Assembly: GCA_037447605.1 (NCBI GenBank) | Contig: CM074804.1 | Coordinates: 1,612,001-1,676,000 of the forward strand | Source of the DNA: Zygnema circumcarinatum SAG 698-1b | Lineage: Eukaryota > Plantae > Zygnematophyceae | Reading direction: 5' to 3' | DNA length: 64,000 nucleotides | Shown here: positions 1 to 12,283 of the stretch, one piece after another | How positions within the stretch are numbered: the stretch's first letter is position 1 | Layout of the letters: each line of letters starts with the position of its first letter | The notes under the pieces: generated by a model | Seen by the model: the letters and a program-made list of their open reading frames with translations, nothing else | Database searches by the model: none | What the model was told of the DNA's origin: nothing | Position numbers and translations under genes: made by a program

Positions 1-435
1 CCGCAAAACCTCTCCCCATCTCCTCTCTCTGCTCACTCTCTTGAACCCTCCTCTCCTCCTCACTGCATTGAACAGCTTGCAGAGGTCCAGGACTTCTCCT
101 TCAAGCAGAGGCCATGGAAGAAGAGGCAGCCTCTCTCTCTCACAAAACCGTTTATATTCAAGGCGGAAGGTGTCTGGATCACAGCCTGCAGGCCTCTCCT
201 GCAGCTGATGAATGGCCTGCACCTTGGTTTTGAATACAAAATTTTCAGGGTCTAAAGCAAAGGGAGGGTTCCAACTGCTAGGAGGCACAATCTTGCACAT
301 TCCGTACTGCTCTGCTCTCTCTCTGATGGAGGCTATGTACTTCATAGGATGCAGAAACTCATCCTCTGAGGGGTAGAATACTGGAGCCTCCTCCAACCCT
401 AATCCTGCCGTCGCCTCTCCGCTTGCCTTTCCCAT
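1..435 (-). CDS. JMJ17: KDM5/JARID1-type histone demethylase, first exon (JmjN + start of ARID); runs off the window edge
   Basis: ATG at 435, open to base 1 (145 codons): MGKASGEATAGLGLEEAPVFYPSEDEFLHPMKYIASIRERAEQYGMCKIVPPSSWNPPF (JmjN) ... EGEVLDLCKLFNAVRRRGGFKRVSRERRWGEVLR (ARID). The ORF track lacks it because there is no stop in the window. Confidence 0.92.
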   Translation of the reverse strand, partial: MGKASGEATAGLGLEEAPVFYPSEDEFLHPMKYIASIRERAEQYGMCKIVPPSSWNPPFALDPENFVFKTKVQAIHQLQERPAGCDPDTFRLEYKRFCERERLPLLPWPLLEGEVLDLCKLFNAVRRRGGFKRVSRERRWGEVLR

Positions 436-494
436 CTCCTCTGTCTCTCACTCGCCCCCTCTCTCTCTCTCTCTCCCTCCCTCCCTCTCTCTCA

Positions 495-537
<43 letters not shown>

Positions 538-1941
538 ACTCCAAAAGGTGAATGCATTCCAAACCATTGCAAAAGCTGGCATTGCTATGCGCGCCTTGCA
601 GTAAAAACGCCTCACCGTTGTGTTACATTTTTCCAGTTAAAAAAGTTTAATTGCATTCAAGTTAAGGAATGAGGTGCTCTTGTCACTCCATTGTTTAATA
701 GTTTCACACTATCCCATCCCATGCCATCCCATCCCGCCCCTGCGCGCGGCCCCCCTATGGCCATGCCCGCCAGGAAGGGAGCAGCATACCGGAGGGTCCA
801 AGGCACTCTGGACAAGCTACGAACCATAATATAATTGATACTCCGCACATGGAAGTTAAGAACACACTTTACATTCGTCTGCAGTTAGCGTTGTGTTTAT
901 TCTTAATAACGAGGTATTTCCTTGAGTTTGCAAACCTGGGCTCGGTTTCGCAAAGTTGCAAACCAGAGCTTTGTTGGTCAGCCAATTGACCATACCACGC
1001 CTTCTGAAAAATATTAACAAATACATAATTTTCAGAACCTGTACTTTTCAAATCATCATCATATTATACCTCTCCGCATATTTCCAAGTAGAGATGTACC
1101 GATATTTATTCCACGTTTCTTACATAATAACCGGTACATCTTTTTGCCGTTGCGTTGCCCGCGGGCAGAAAAAAAGCGTTTCGGACGGGGCCAGCGGCTC
1201 CGCCACGCAACCAGGGATAGCCTACACGCTTTTAGCTGGCTAATGACTATGACCAAAGACCCTCAAAATAGGCGACCAAAATTGACCAGTGCCTGGTCAG
1301 GTCCCTGGTCAGCCTCTGAACGTTCCCAGCGACCGCTCCTGTCGCCACCGCCCGCCGCGTCGGCCGTGCCCGACCGCTCCTGGCCGTCCGATCGGTATGA
1401 TGGACGGCCACGATTCGTCCCACGCTGACAGGGCGCTGGCGCCCACCAAGTTGGGACCGTACGGTAGTGTACGAAATAGTACGACCGACAGAGAAAGTAC
1501 GTGTCACGTCACGGACGTACCCGCCGTAGCCGCATGGCCAGGCATCCTAACTTAAGGGAATTTTGGCTTAAGGTAAGGGCGTTCCCTTTAAATTGGTTTT
1601 GGGAAAAGAAAAAGGAAAGGATTGATCAGTGGTATTGATATCACAAAGATGGCGATGCGATGCCATCAAATGCACATGGACAAAATCAAGATGATGGGGA
1701 ACCACGAGGAGCAACTGGGCGTAAAGGACCCAAGGACAAAAGAAAAAAGCGAGGAGCGGAAAACTACGCCTCGGCTTAACCACGCATCGAGCCCTGCATC
1801 CGGCACCGGCGACTACTTCAACTTTTGCTGACGCAGGTCAACTAGAATGACAGCATTTCGTGCGTGCGGAAGGTTTAAAAGTCTCAGGTTGCAAACTTTC
1901 CGCCGCGGTTTGCAACTGCAGAGCCAGTTTTGGAACAAAGC

Positions 1942-2234
1942 TGCACAGGTCGGACCAGTGGATCGGCAACCATTGGACAGCCATTGGATGGCAATGGTTG
2001 GACGTATACAATTTGGCAATCATCCGAACCAGTCGCATGGTTGTTTCAGTCCGGCGCCAATGGTTAGCAAACAGTCGAATGGTTGGCAAGCATTGGATCC
2101 AATGGTTCCAAACCAGTCGAATGGTTGCCAACCATTGGCATCCACTGGTTCCAAACCATTCGAATGGTTGTTTCAATCCGGCGCCAATGGTTGGGAACCA
2201 GTCGAATGGTTGGTCTAATGGTCCGACCTGTGCA
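1942..2234. mobile_element. MITE-like non-autonomous DNA element
   Basis: Perfect 16-bp inverted repeat TGCACAGGTCGGACCA (1942-1957) / TGGTCCGACCTGTGCA (2219-2234). The interior is built from repeated CCAATGGTT and AACCAGTCGAATGGTT units, with no credible ORF. Confidence 0.7.
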
Positions 2235-3076
2235 AAGCCGCACCATGAGAACGCACCCATGGTTGCACAAAGCTGGCCCACAACCTCAACGAACTCTGAA
2301 CCCTAAACCCTCTAAAGACACCAAAACCCACTGAATTACCCTCTGCACGGTCTCGTCATGATTGCTTAGAATTTTCTCTGAAGCTTGACAAAGAATGAGC
2401 CGCCTATTCAGGAGCAGCGTGAAAGTACATACAAAATGCTCTCAATTGAACGGTTAACGGTGACATGGAACGGCCAAACTTTCTACGGAACTGTCCTTGA
2501 GAGAGCACAAAACTGCCCATCCCCAAAATGGGGTCAGACGACCTCTCTCGAAGGAGAATTCCTGACATTATTCCGCGCCCTAAAGCAGTGAACCTCTGAG
2601 CCCTGAAATAACTAAAGCCTTAAAAGTCCTAAAACCCCAAAAAATCCTAAAACCTTCAAACCCCTTAAAAACAGTGTGCTTCACACTTTCCTAGCTTAAA
2701 AATTTTCTCCTATAGCTACCAGAGGATAGGTATGAGCCTCCTCCCTTGTGAGCTTCTAAGTTATGACAAAGGCCGAGCATTTATTGCAGCCTGAACAACA
2801 TTTTCTTCCCTCCCTCTCTCCCTTCCTCCCTTTCTCCCTCTAAGTTGGACCTTTCCGGCCTCCTCTCCGCTTCCCTCCTTGACGCCTAAACACCTCCGAT
2901 TGTTGATTATTTCTAACTCCCGGCTCTCTCTCACTGTCTTCTCCCTTTCCCTCACTCCCTCCTCGTTTTCTACATTGTTCGTTCGAAACAGCCAAACCTT
3001 TCCCTGTCTCGCGCTCGTAGTAGTAGGACTCTCGCTCTCTCTCTCTCTCTCCCTCACTCCCTTCTCAGCTTGAGAG

Positions 3077-6000
3077 TCACGCATTACTCTTGCCCCATTC
3101 ACTTAATGATTTCATTCTCTCAATCTTCACAGGCGATAACCGCTCCGGAATGCCCATCACTCGATTTTCTGAAGACGTCAAAGGAGTCGCAGCAGCCTTC
3201 TCCTCCCGCAACAGCCCCTCCTTCCCTCCCTCCCCCCTCTCTTCCTCCCCTATTACCCTCTCCTCAGTCATCGAATCCGCCCTCCCGGACACTTCCGCCC
3301 ATTTCCCATTTCTACTCCCGTTCCCCCCATTCTGCACCATGTTTACTCTATCGAGTCTTAACCCCCCTTGTCTATACCAAGGGAGAAGGGCGGTGCAACT
3401 GCTCATGGGGTGTCTAGTAGAAGCTAGCACTAAGGTGTGTCTCCCTCCACAGGCTGTGAATACTATCTGCCAGGAGCTGTGGGAGAGCTCCTCCGAAATG
3501 GAGCCTTCAGTGGGTTGGCGGGAGAGGGGGGAAGGGAGAGGGACCTCCCGAGGGTGCCCATCGGTAATGAGGAGGCCATTGCCCAGCCTGCCATGGTCGC
3601 CTCTTCCAAACTGCACTCGCCGAAGTGGAGACGTGGAATGAGAGAGTGAGGGGGAGAGGGAGAGAGAGTGGGGGGCGAGAGAGGGGGGAAGAGAGAGTGG
3701 ACGGGGGAAGAATGGGGTGAGGGAACGGGAAGAGAGGGCGAGGGATAGGAGAAGGCGAGAGAAAGGGAGACAAAAAGGGAGAGAGGGAGACTGGGAGAGA
3801 GAGAGAAGAGAGAAAGAGAGCGAGGGAGAGATAGAGGAGGGAGAGAGGAAAGAGAAAGGGCGAGAGTGGGAGCGAGATTGGGACACAACCTGGTACGGTA
3901 AATGCCTCGTTACTTACCGAGAAAATGCGACCGTCTTCACTGAGAGCTATGCTGTGAGTTCCTCCGCAAGTGACCTGCCACATTCCCTTAGCGAGGTTAA
4001 AGACTGCAATAAAGAAAAAACACTACCATAACTCGCACTATCAGCTATACAGCAAGATAGGTATTCCATTCCTATATCATTTGCTATCCACTCTCCCTCT
4101 CACTCTCTTCTTTGTTCCTCACCGTCTCTCTCCGGCTCTTTCTTCTCTTCTGCCTTCTCTTCTGTCGTCTCTCTTCTCACCTCAACTGTACTCTCAACGA
4201 ACAACCCCAGATGTAATACAAAAAGGAGGAAGCCGTACTATAACCCAAGCTAGAAATTTACAAGGCTTCCCATGCCTTCCATATTCAACCTATCACAAGT
4301 TAAAATTCCGTCAAATTTAAACTTATATTCCATTCTCCAAAATAGGAGTGCCCTCCCGATCCCCTATACCTACTTGCACTATGACAACGTCTGAGAGAAG
4401 CTCCACTCTATGCGGCGTCGTTTTGCTGCTCTTATCATCTCCAAAGCCCATTCTCCCATGCTCTCCACGGCCCCATGCCCATACCTGAAAACATGAAGGA
4501 AGTTACATAGAGTCAGCTGCTTTATGTTTTCGCGCACACATTTGTATTCGTATCACTAGTATTTGTAGTGGTACACACCTTTACACTTGTACTCGGATAT
4601 GCAGTTTGTGGAATTGTTCATACACAAACTCGTAAGCACATGACAGTACTCTGCTTTCGAGAACCATATATAAGAGTTTAAAATAATAGATATCTATACA
4701 TAAAGTTTAAACCACCTACGCAAAGCCATGGATCTATTGGATCCTTAGTACAAATGGAAATACACTCAGATGAACCTTAGTCGGTAATGGCTGACTAGTT
4801 TATGGATTACAGAGCTGTTTCAGTACAGCAATCCACAAGCAATAAGTCCAATGATGGGTCCATGGGTAAAGGACAAAACAAGAAAGTTTCAAGGCAGCAT
4901 CTGACCTCCCCGGTCGCTGTCAGAGCCATGGAATGCCACCCACCAGCTGAAATGTCCACCTGTGGGATTTCGAACATCCACCCAAAACGCATTCCATGTC
5001 AACGCTTTTCAAACTCGCCCCCAAAAAAAAGAAACAGAGACTATTCTAGCAACGCTTCACTATGTCATAAACAAACCCAACTCCTGTGCATTCCATTCGC
5101 CTTTCGCTGTGGACAATCTCGAAAGAGGCCAAGCCCATCTCCAAACAACCACATTGTTCACATGCATGCATGCATGCACATTTCACGCTCTACAATACGT
5201 TCTTAATCCTTTTGCCATGTCGGCTTCTCCCACTACTCACCACATTGATTTCTGAAAGCTCCTTAATCTCCTCAGGGGAAGCCCGAGGTTGTGTATCTCC
5301 GGTGCCAAGCTGTCCATATTCATTGTTTCCCCAAGCCCAAACTTGCCCATTTTCTAAGAGGGCTAAGTTGTGGAAGGCGCCCACAGCAATGACTTTCACT
5401 TTCTCCAGGGCTTGCACCTTTACAGGATTCCAGATCTGCTGACTGTGGAGAGAAGCAGATAATGGAGAAGAAGACGAAGTCAGCGTGCGGTAGATGAAAA
5501 CTATGAAAGTGAAGGTTTAGATAAGCCAAGCTGGAGGTTGCTAGCTAGTTCACGTAAGGAAAGGTTGAGTTTCTGATAAGTTTGAATAAGCCAAGTTTGA
5601 GTACTTCATTTAGTGTACTGCCCCTTCCTCGTACCCCAGAGGACTAATAACGGTAAATGGGATTAAAAATGTACTCGACCACTCACATGTCGCCAGGTGG
5701 CCAGGGCTGCCCCCATGACCAAACTTCCCCATCTTCAGTGAGAACCACAGAATGTGTTCCTCCAGCAGCCACCTGCTAACCACTCCCCTCCTTATAATGG
5801 TAAAATAATTCCTAATCAAGTGACTGCATCTACCAAGGAAAATACAAAAAAATGCATTAAACAAGCCTCTACTTTGTCCTTCTGAAAAAAGGACAGCTTT
5901 CTACTTTCTGTATTGCATACTTGTTCGCAGACCCTTTTTTGCTTTTTAACTGAACGGAGAGAGAAATATTTTACCTGCCGGACACGAAGGTGAGGCGCAC

Positions 6001-6936
6001 AGGGCTGTGGAATAGGAATATCTCGGCGGCTAATTTTGCCTGACCAGTTTCGCTCTGATTTAACGGCACACTGCCCATATTCGTTGCCTCCTGCAGATCC
6101 ACTTCCAGGATCCACTTTTCATCCAATATGAGGGAGGAGGTAAGCAAACCTAGCTCCCATGTTGAGCAGAAGAATGAAATGCATAGGTTTGATTTAAAAG
6201 CTGAAGTAGTTTTCATACCACCAGCTTCCAGTTCCCTCTTCCTTTCTCTTTCTCTCCCTCTCTCTTCACACACACGCACACACAATCCCGCTCTTTTTTC
6301 CCTTCATAGCTGAAATGTAAGAGGCGGCTTCCACTTACCCCATGCATAGGCGTTTCCCTCGTCATCTACTGCAAGGCAGTGCCAGCCACCAATGGCAGCC
6401 TGCCACGTGTGCAAGTCCCCCAAAATAGGTTAGCCCAACAAAGAAAGACCTCAAAACAGGCGTAATCTTTCCTAGAAGATAAACCAATTGTTAGTGGGTA
6501 AGAAGTAAGATCAGGATCGATTTAAATGCTTTAGAAAGACGAAGGAGCAAGATCGAGAGAGGGAAGGAACACGGACGAGAGAGGGGAGAAAGGAAGGGAA
6601 AAGGAAAGGAGATGGGAGAGGGGATAGGAGAGGAGACAAAATTGGATACATGAACGGTAAGGAAAGGTGAACAGACATGGAAGGAGAGGAGGAGGCACAA
6701 GGAGAGCAGAGAGAGGATAAGCTGCGGAGACAGGAAAAAGGCAAGCAGAGTACTGGTAAGAGAGGAAACGGGAGAGAAGTAAGATCTCAGACTCACTTGC
6801 ACGATACGAACGCCTGCGAGATCCTTCACCTGCTCACAATGCATGAATCGCAAGTGCCTCCGTAAGTTGGAGAAAGGAGACAAGACAGCAAAGTAGGAAA
6901 AGAGGGGGGCCGGGAGAGCGAGAGAGACAAAGCGAG

Positions 6937-6992
<56 letters not shown>

Positions 6993-8848
6993 GGACAGAG
7001 AGAAAGAGAGAGAGTTCTACCTGGCTCGGAGTGCTCTCCACAGTTGAGGCGGTGTTCGGTGGATGGCCCAAAGTCCCCCTTTGGTTCCATCCCCACACAT
7101 AGACCTGCTCCCTCCCGGGATGTACGGATAAACTGGAATTACATGCCCGCTTAGCAGATTTTCAGCAGAGCAGAGAAGGATCTTAAGGTATAAAAATTCC
7201 TTGTTATTGCCTTAAATATGGATCCTGTTAACTGCTTAATTCAGAAGCTCTCCGATAGTGCTTGAAGTTCATGTAAGACTGGGAGGACAAACTGGAGTAA
7301 AAAGTGCCCAAGCACATAAGTATTACTCGAGGTTTTTAGTACACTTCTTGAAATGTGCACGGTTTCGGATTTAGAAGAAAAAGTTAATCTCCTTCATAAT
7401 CATGCTCTCTACCGTGCTGCTTCCCAGGGAAAACATTCAATTTACCTAAAACATCAGAAAATGAAATAAACTAAGTCGTCAACTGCAACATCACCTTCCT
7501 CCCCAACAAATAATGACACAAACAATCTGTGGTGACTAAAGCCGACCGACCAAAAGTTGCCGTAAGCAAAAAAGACAACATTGCTCAGTTACATTACTCG
7601 TTTGGTGGAATTGGTCGACATCATACATTTGCAATGAAAAGCCTTGCATTGAACAGCACGAAAAAGAAAGCGCAACGGACCGCATACGTACGAGAACGAA
7701 CGGGGGCGGCGAAAGCAAACTGAACTGAACTGAACTGAATTGAATTGAACTGAAGCATGGAAGACCACAAGGAGCTCACTCACATCACCGTTAGCGCAGA
7801 TGGCGAGAGAGTTCCGACTGCCCGCCACAACGCTGGAAATGTCGAGGCCGTCGAGCGCTGTGATTGGCTTAAGGCGATGCTCGTCGTCTCGAGTGCCCAA
7901 TCCGAGCTGCCCATCCTCTCCCGCTCCCCTGCACGAGCACTCCCATGTCAGTTCCGTGTCAGTTCCGTCAGCAGACATGTGAAGGAAGGAAGAGGAGAAG
8001 GGGAAAGAGGGAGGACATGCGAAGGAGAGCAAGAGTACGATGAAGGAGAGGGGGGGTAAAGAAAGGTGAGGAGAGGGAGAGAGGGGGAGAGGGGGAGGGA
8101 GGTGAAAGAAGAGTATAACATTCTTAACGTGGTACAAAGGCAGAAGATTCTAAATACAACATTGGTGCTTCTCAATTTTTTTTGAAAAAAACGAATCAAC
8201 AACGCCTCACGTGGCAAGCATAAAGTTTCTTTTAAAAGTTATTTTAGAACTTGCTCGCAACGACTCAAATTCAAATGAAGTGTGTGAAACAACTTCGACA
8301 TGACTCAAGAGAAAAAAAAAATCTTTACTTTATTGATATAAGTTTAGATATATATGCATACGTATACACAGTTCTTGCCCTCCTTCCATCAAGAAAAAGT
8401 GAATATACACAATTTTTTGTCTTCATCACAAAAAAAAATGCAAATGGCTCGTGCACCAGCCATTCTTTGAGCATTTGAGCCCTTCCAGAACCGTACCATG
8501 GACCCTGAACCCCTGAAATCTCAAAAAATGAGGATAACAGGTCCATTTTTTATCCTTGAAACCTATAACTGCACCTCCACGATGGCTCATGCCTCTTATG
8601 CATTATGGCCATGCATGCCCATGGCCGCCTCACATATAAACAGCTCCATATAACTGGACCGTACAGAATACGCATAGAAACTCGTATCCTGCATCCAGAC
8701 CCCATGGCATGCCATGCCACGAATGCATGCGCAGCATCCCCTTCCCATAAACGCCATGGCAGAGGCGTTACCAGGCGTACACGCGCTTCGGAACGGAGGC
8801 TCCCTTCCCGCCAGCGGCGGGCGAAGCTCTCCGCGCGGCGGCAGCCAT
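3077..8848 (-). CDS. RCC1-repeat (beta-propeller) family protein, 12 exons, ~519 aa
   Basis: Exons 8848-8772, 7928-7784, 7104-7021, 6829-6797, 6399-6339, 6090-5975, 5772-5687, 5442-5241, 4959-4906, 4484-4374, 3974-3918, 3610-3077; all GT-AG and in phase. Repeats: VYAWGAGEDGQLG, WGWNQRGTLG, AIGGWHCLA, GGNEYGQC, AAGGTHSVVL, GAFHNLAL, WGNNEYGQLG, WGRGEHGR, FGRGDHGRLG, CGGRHTL. The end of the low-complexity C-terminal tail is less certain. Confidence 0.93.
7718..7754. repeat. (AACTG)n pentanucleotide microsatellite in RCC1-family intron 2
   Basis: aactgaactgaactgaactgaattgaattgaactgaa. Confidence 0.85.
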
Positions 8849-10300
8849 GGCGGGCCTCCTGCTGCCTTCTGCCTGCCTCCCCGCCTCTCTCCGTCTCCAG
8901 GGAGGGGATCGGTAGGACCTTAGGGACCGCCGCAAGTGCGGACACGGCAGGCCGGGCCGGACCCAAGGGGAAATAATTCACCGCGGCGAAGTTGGTGGAT
9001 CGAAAAAGTGACCGGGAGTATCTCCCGCCCGACTGGCTAGGGACTGGCGTTGAACCAGTTTAACCTCTGGAAAAAGGCGAGTCCATATTTTCCGTACAGA
9101 GTTGACGAGCGGCTGGCAGCTCCTGTAAACGTGGGGTCGGCAGGGTTGTGAGGCGTATTTCGCCGATCCACATTTCGCAACATGGTGGAACCGCGAGTCT
9201 AAGTTGCCAGTTCCACGTGGCAGGGCTGATCAAGCAGATCAACTCGCAGGAGAAGGTCCATCAAGTGGAGGCAGAACGGATTTCTGAACTGGACACGAAC
9301 CATGTGGCGCGCAATCATTGGACTGACGCAAGGCGACGGACGGCCCGCGGCATCTGACGGCGGGATGCGCCGGCCGGCAAGTGGCACTGTACGGTCAGGC
9401 CAAAAAGATTGGCGATTTGGCCGTTTCTCTCGGCTTTAGGCCGGCCGGCCGGCAGGGAGCCGGGCCGGCCGGTAGAATCTTTTTGTCGGATGCTTTTTGT
9501 ACGAATGGGAGGATTCCCACTTGCAGGATGACGGGTGCATGTGGGTGTAGCCCTTGTGGGGGGGGGGGGGGCGTGGTTCCATGGAGACCGTAAACTGTTC
9601 CGTAACTATTTGAAGAACTGCTTTCGGGAGTGTTCGAAACGGAAAGGGGTCGTTTGGACCGTGGGCTGGAAATTCCACTTTTCTGATTTTGAGGTCCATT
9701 TCCGTCGAAACCAAACTAAACTAAACCAAACCCACGGCGGAAATCCGAAAACTCGAAGTCCGAAACATATTTCCGTAAGGACGGTCCGGCACAACTGACA
9801 AATTGAGGCCACGTGTTGGGATGGACGGCTACAATTGCGCGATTTAAGAGTGAGAGTAAGGTGGGGATGAAAAGTGACGTAGGATGACGACTAACGACGG
9901 AAAGTGTGACGGAAAGGGTGACAGCCGTCACGGCCGGCGGAAGGCCCTTTTCGGTTCGTTGCAGGCTGCACTTTCGCAGTGGCTTCGCGGAGGGGGGCGG
10001 ATTTGGAACAGGCCTGGGGCTGCCGGAGGGGGAAGGGAGGGCGAGGAGAGGGAGAGGGAGAGGGAAAGGGAGAGGGAGAGGGAGAGGGAGAGGGAGGGGA
10101 GGGAGCGAGGGAGGGAGATCGGTGAGAAGGAAGATAGCTATAGGTGGGACTTCACATAGAGAGAGTGAACGGGGGGTAAGAGGAGAGTGGGAGGGAAGGC
10201 AGCAGAACAAGGAGATCAACGTACCTCCACCCTAAGACAACAACGACTCGACTTTAAACAAGACTCTCTCCCATCCCTACCATCACCAAATCTTAATCTC

Positions 10301-10308
10301 AAACCCTA
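10301..10308 (+). promoter_or_regulatory. Telo-box (AAACCCTA) just upstream of the DRP1 start codon
   Basis: Exact AAACCCTA about 80 bp before the ATG, with degenerate copies to ~10335. Telo-boxes are established plant 5'-proximal elements; function here is untested. Confidence 0.45.
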
Positions 10309-10386
10309 ATCTCGAATCCTAACTCCAAACCCTGATTTTTTACTTCTCTTCCCTTCTCCCTTCCTCCCTTCCCTTCAAACCCTTCA

Positions 10387-12222
10387 ATGGAAAGCCTGAT
10401 AGGATTGGTTAACCGCCTGCAAGTGGTTTCGACCGCTCTTGGTGACTACGGTCAGGACAGCAGCTCCGATCTCCCGAGCCTGTGGGAGCAGCTCCCTCAG
10501 GTGGCGGTGGTGGGAGGGCAGAGCTCTGGAAAATCGTCCGTGCTTGAAAGCATTGTGGGGAAGGACTTTCTTCCCAGAGGTGCAGGGATCGTGACAAGGA
10601 GACCTCTAGTGCTGCAGCTGCACCGCAATGAAGGGCAGGAGTATGCGGAGTTCATGCACGCCAAGGGGAAGAAGTTCACGAGCTTTGAGCTCGTGCGGAA
10701 GGAGATTGCAGGTGGGGATCAACAGGTTGATGTCTCTCGCCACCCCTCTCTCTCTCTCCCTCTCTCTCTCTCCCACTCTCTCCCTCCCCCTCCCCCACCC
10801 CTTTCCACTCTTTCTCTCTCTCCCCTTTCTTCATCTCTCTCCATTGCTCCGTCTCTCTATTCAGAAATAAATGTAAAACAAAAAACGAATGTCGTTATTG
10901 TTTATCCAACGGAATGGCAGGATTTCTCTGCAGTTATTTTTGAATTCGGATTCAAGTTCTCTTGGCGACAAGAATAGCATTAGCATGAGCATAATTTTCA
11001 GTACTTTTGTGGGAAATAAGAGCCGAAAATGTGTTTGATGTGAATGCAGTGGCCTTGAGCCGTTTTTAGCATTTTGGTTATTTTCCCGAATTCTTTGATT
11101 GTTACGCAGACGAGACGGAGCGCGTGACCGGAAAATCGAGAGGAATTTCACCGGTCCCTATTCATCTTGCGATTTATTCCCCCAATGTGGTGAATCTCAC
11201 ATTGGTGGATCTACCCGGCCTCACAAAAATTGCTGTGGACGGACAGCATGAGGGCATAGTGCAGGAGATTGAGCAGATGGTGCGAAGCTACATTGAAAAC
11301 CCGAATTGCATCATTTTAGCTATATCTCCTGCAAATCAGGATTTGGCGACTTCAGACGCGATGAAATTAGCACGGGAGTTGGATCCCACAGGTGAGCTCG
11401 AGAAAGGAGAGGGGTGGAGGGAGAAGGGAGGGAGGTGAGTGGGAGGGAGGGAGATAGGGATTTCGTGAGAGTTTGACTGTGGAATTCGATTAAGTAGCTC
11501 TACTGGGAATCTTGAAGTTTCGATTTAGGGGAGGAAAAGTTGCATTCGGCTTAAGTTATGTTGAAATACGCATTCTCTTGTACATTCCTTCAGTGAGATG
11601 TTAAGCTGATGCGGGCGTAGGTTAAAATCTTGGGCCTGAACTTCAAAATTTTGGTTTCGGTACATTCCTGACTCTACTGGTTTCCCTGTGACCTACTGCA
11701 GGCGAGCGGACATGGGGCGTTCTCACTAAACTGGATCTCATGGACAAAGGCACCAACGCCCTAGATGTGAGTGATGTTGTTTTTTCAATACTTTCCTTCA
11801 CCTCAAAACTTTGACTCGCTGGACTGTTTGAACGACACTGCATATGTACAGGTTATATATGTAATTTGCATGCGTTTTTTTTTTTAGAGTTACCTATGCA
11901 AGCTATATGCAAAATTAAACACCTACATGTAGACAAGTTTGTGTGTAATTCGGTTGGGAAGAGGGCCCGATGGAGCAGATATTGGAAGGCAAAACGTACA
12001 AGCTGGTGCGGCCGTGGATTGGAGTGGTTAACCGCTCGCAGGCGGACATTAACCGCAATGCGGACATGGGCTCGGCCAGGCGGCGCGAGAAGGATTACTT
12101 CCTGACCAGTCCCGACTACAAGCACCTTGCAAACAGAATGGGCACAGAGTTTCTTGCCAAGCAGGTCTCCAAGCACTTGGAGCAGGTCATCAAGCAGCGC
12201 ATACCGGGCATCACGGTATGTG

Positions 12223-12283
<61 letters not shown>

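Noticed and set aside
3077-8848. UVR8 photoreceptor identity for the RCC1-repeat gene
   Set aside because: It lacks the GWRHT triad motifs (it has GGWHC/GGWHS) and shows no VP-containing C27 region; it fits a different RCC1-family clade.
9148-9357. Short ORF (GLIKQINSQEKVHQVEAERISELDTNH) in the RCC1/DRP1 divergent region; likewise ORFs 1622-1831 and 2385-2591
   Set aside because: No recognisable motif and no consistent exon chain.
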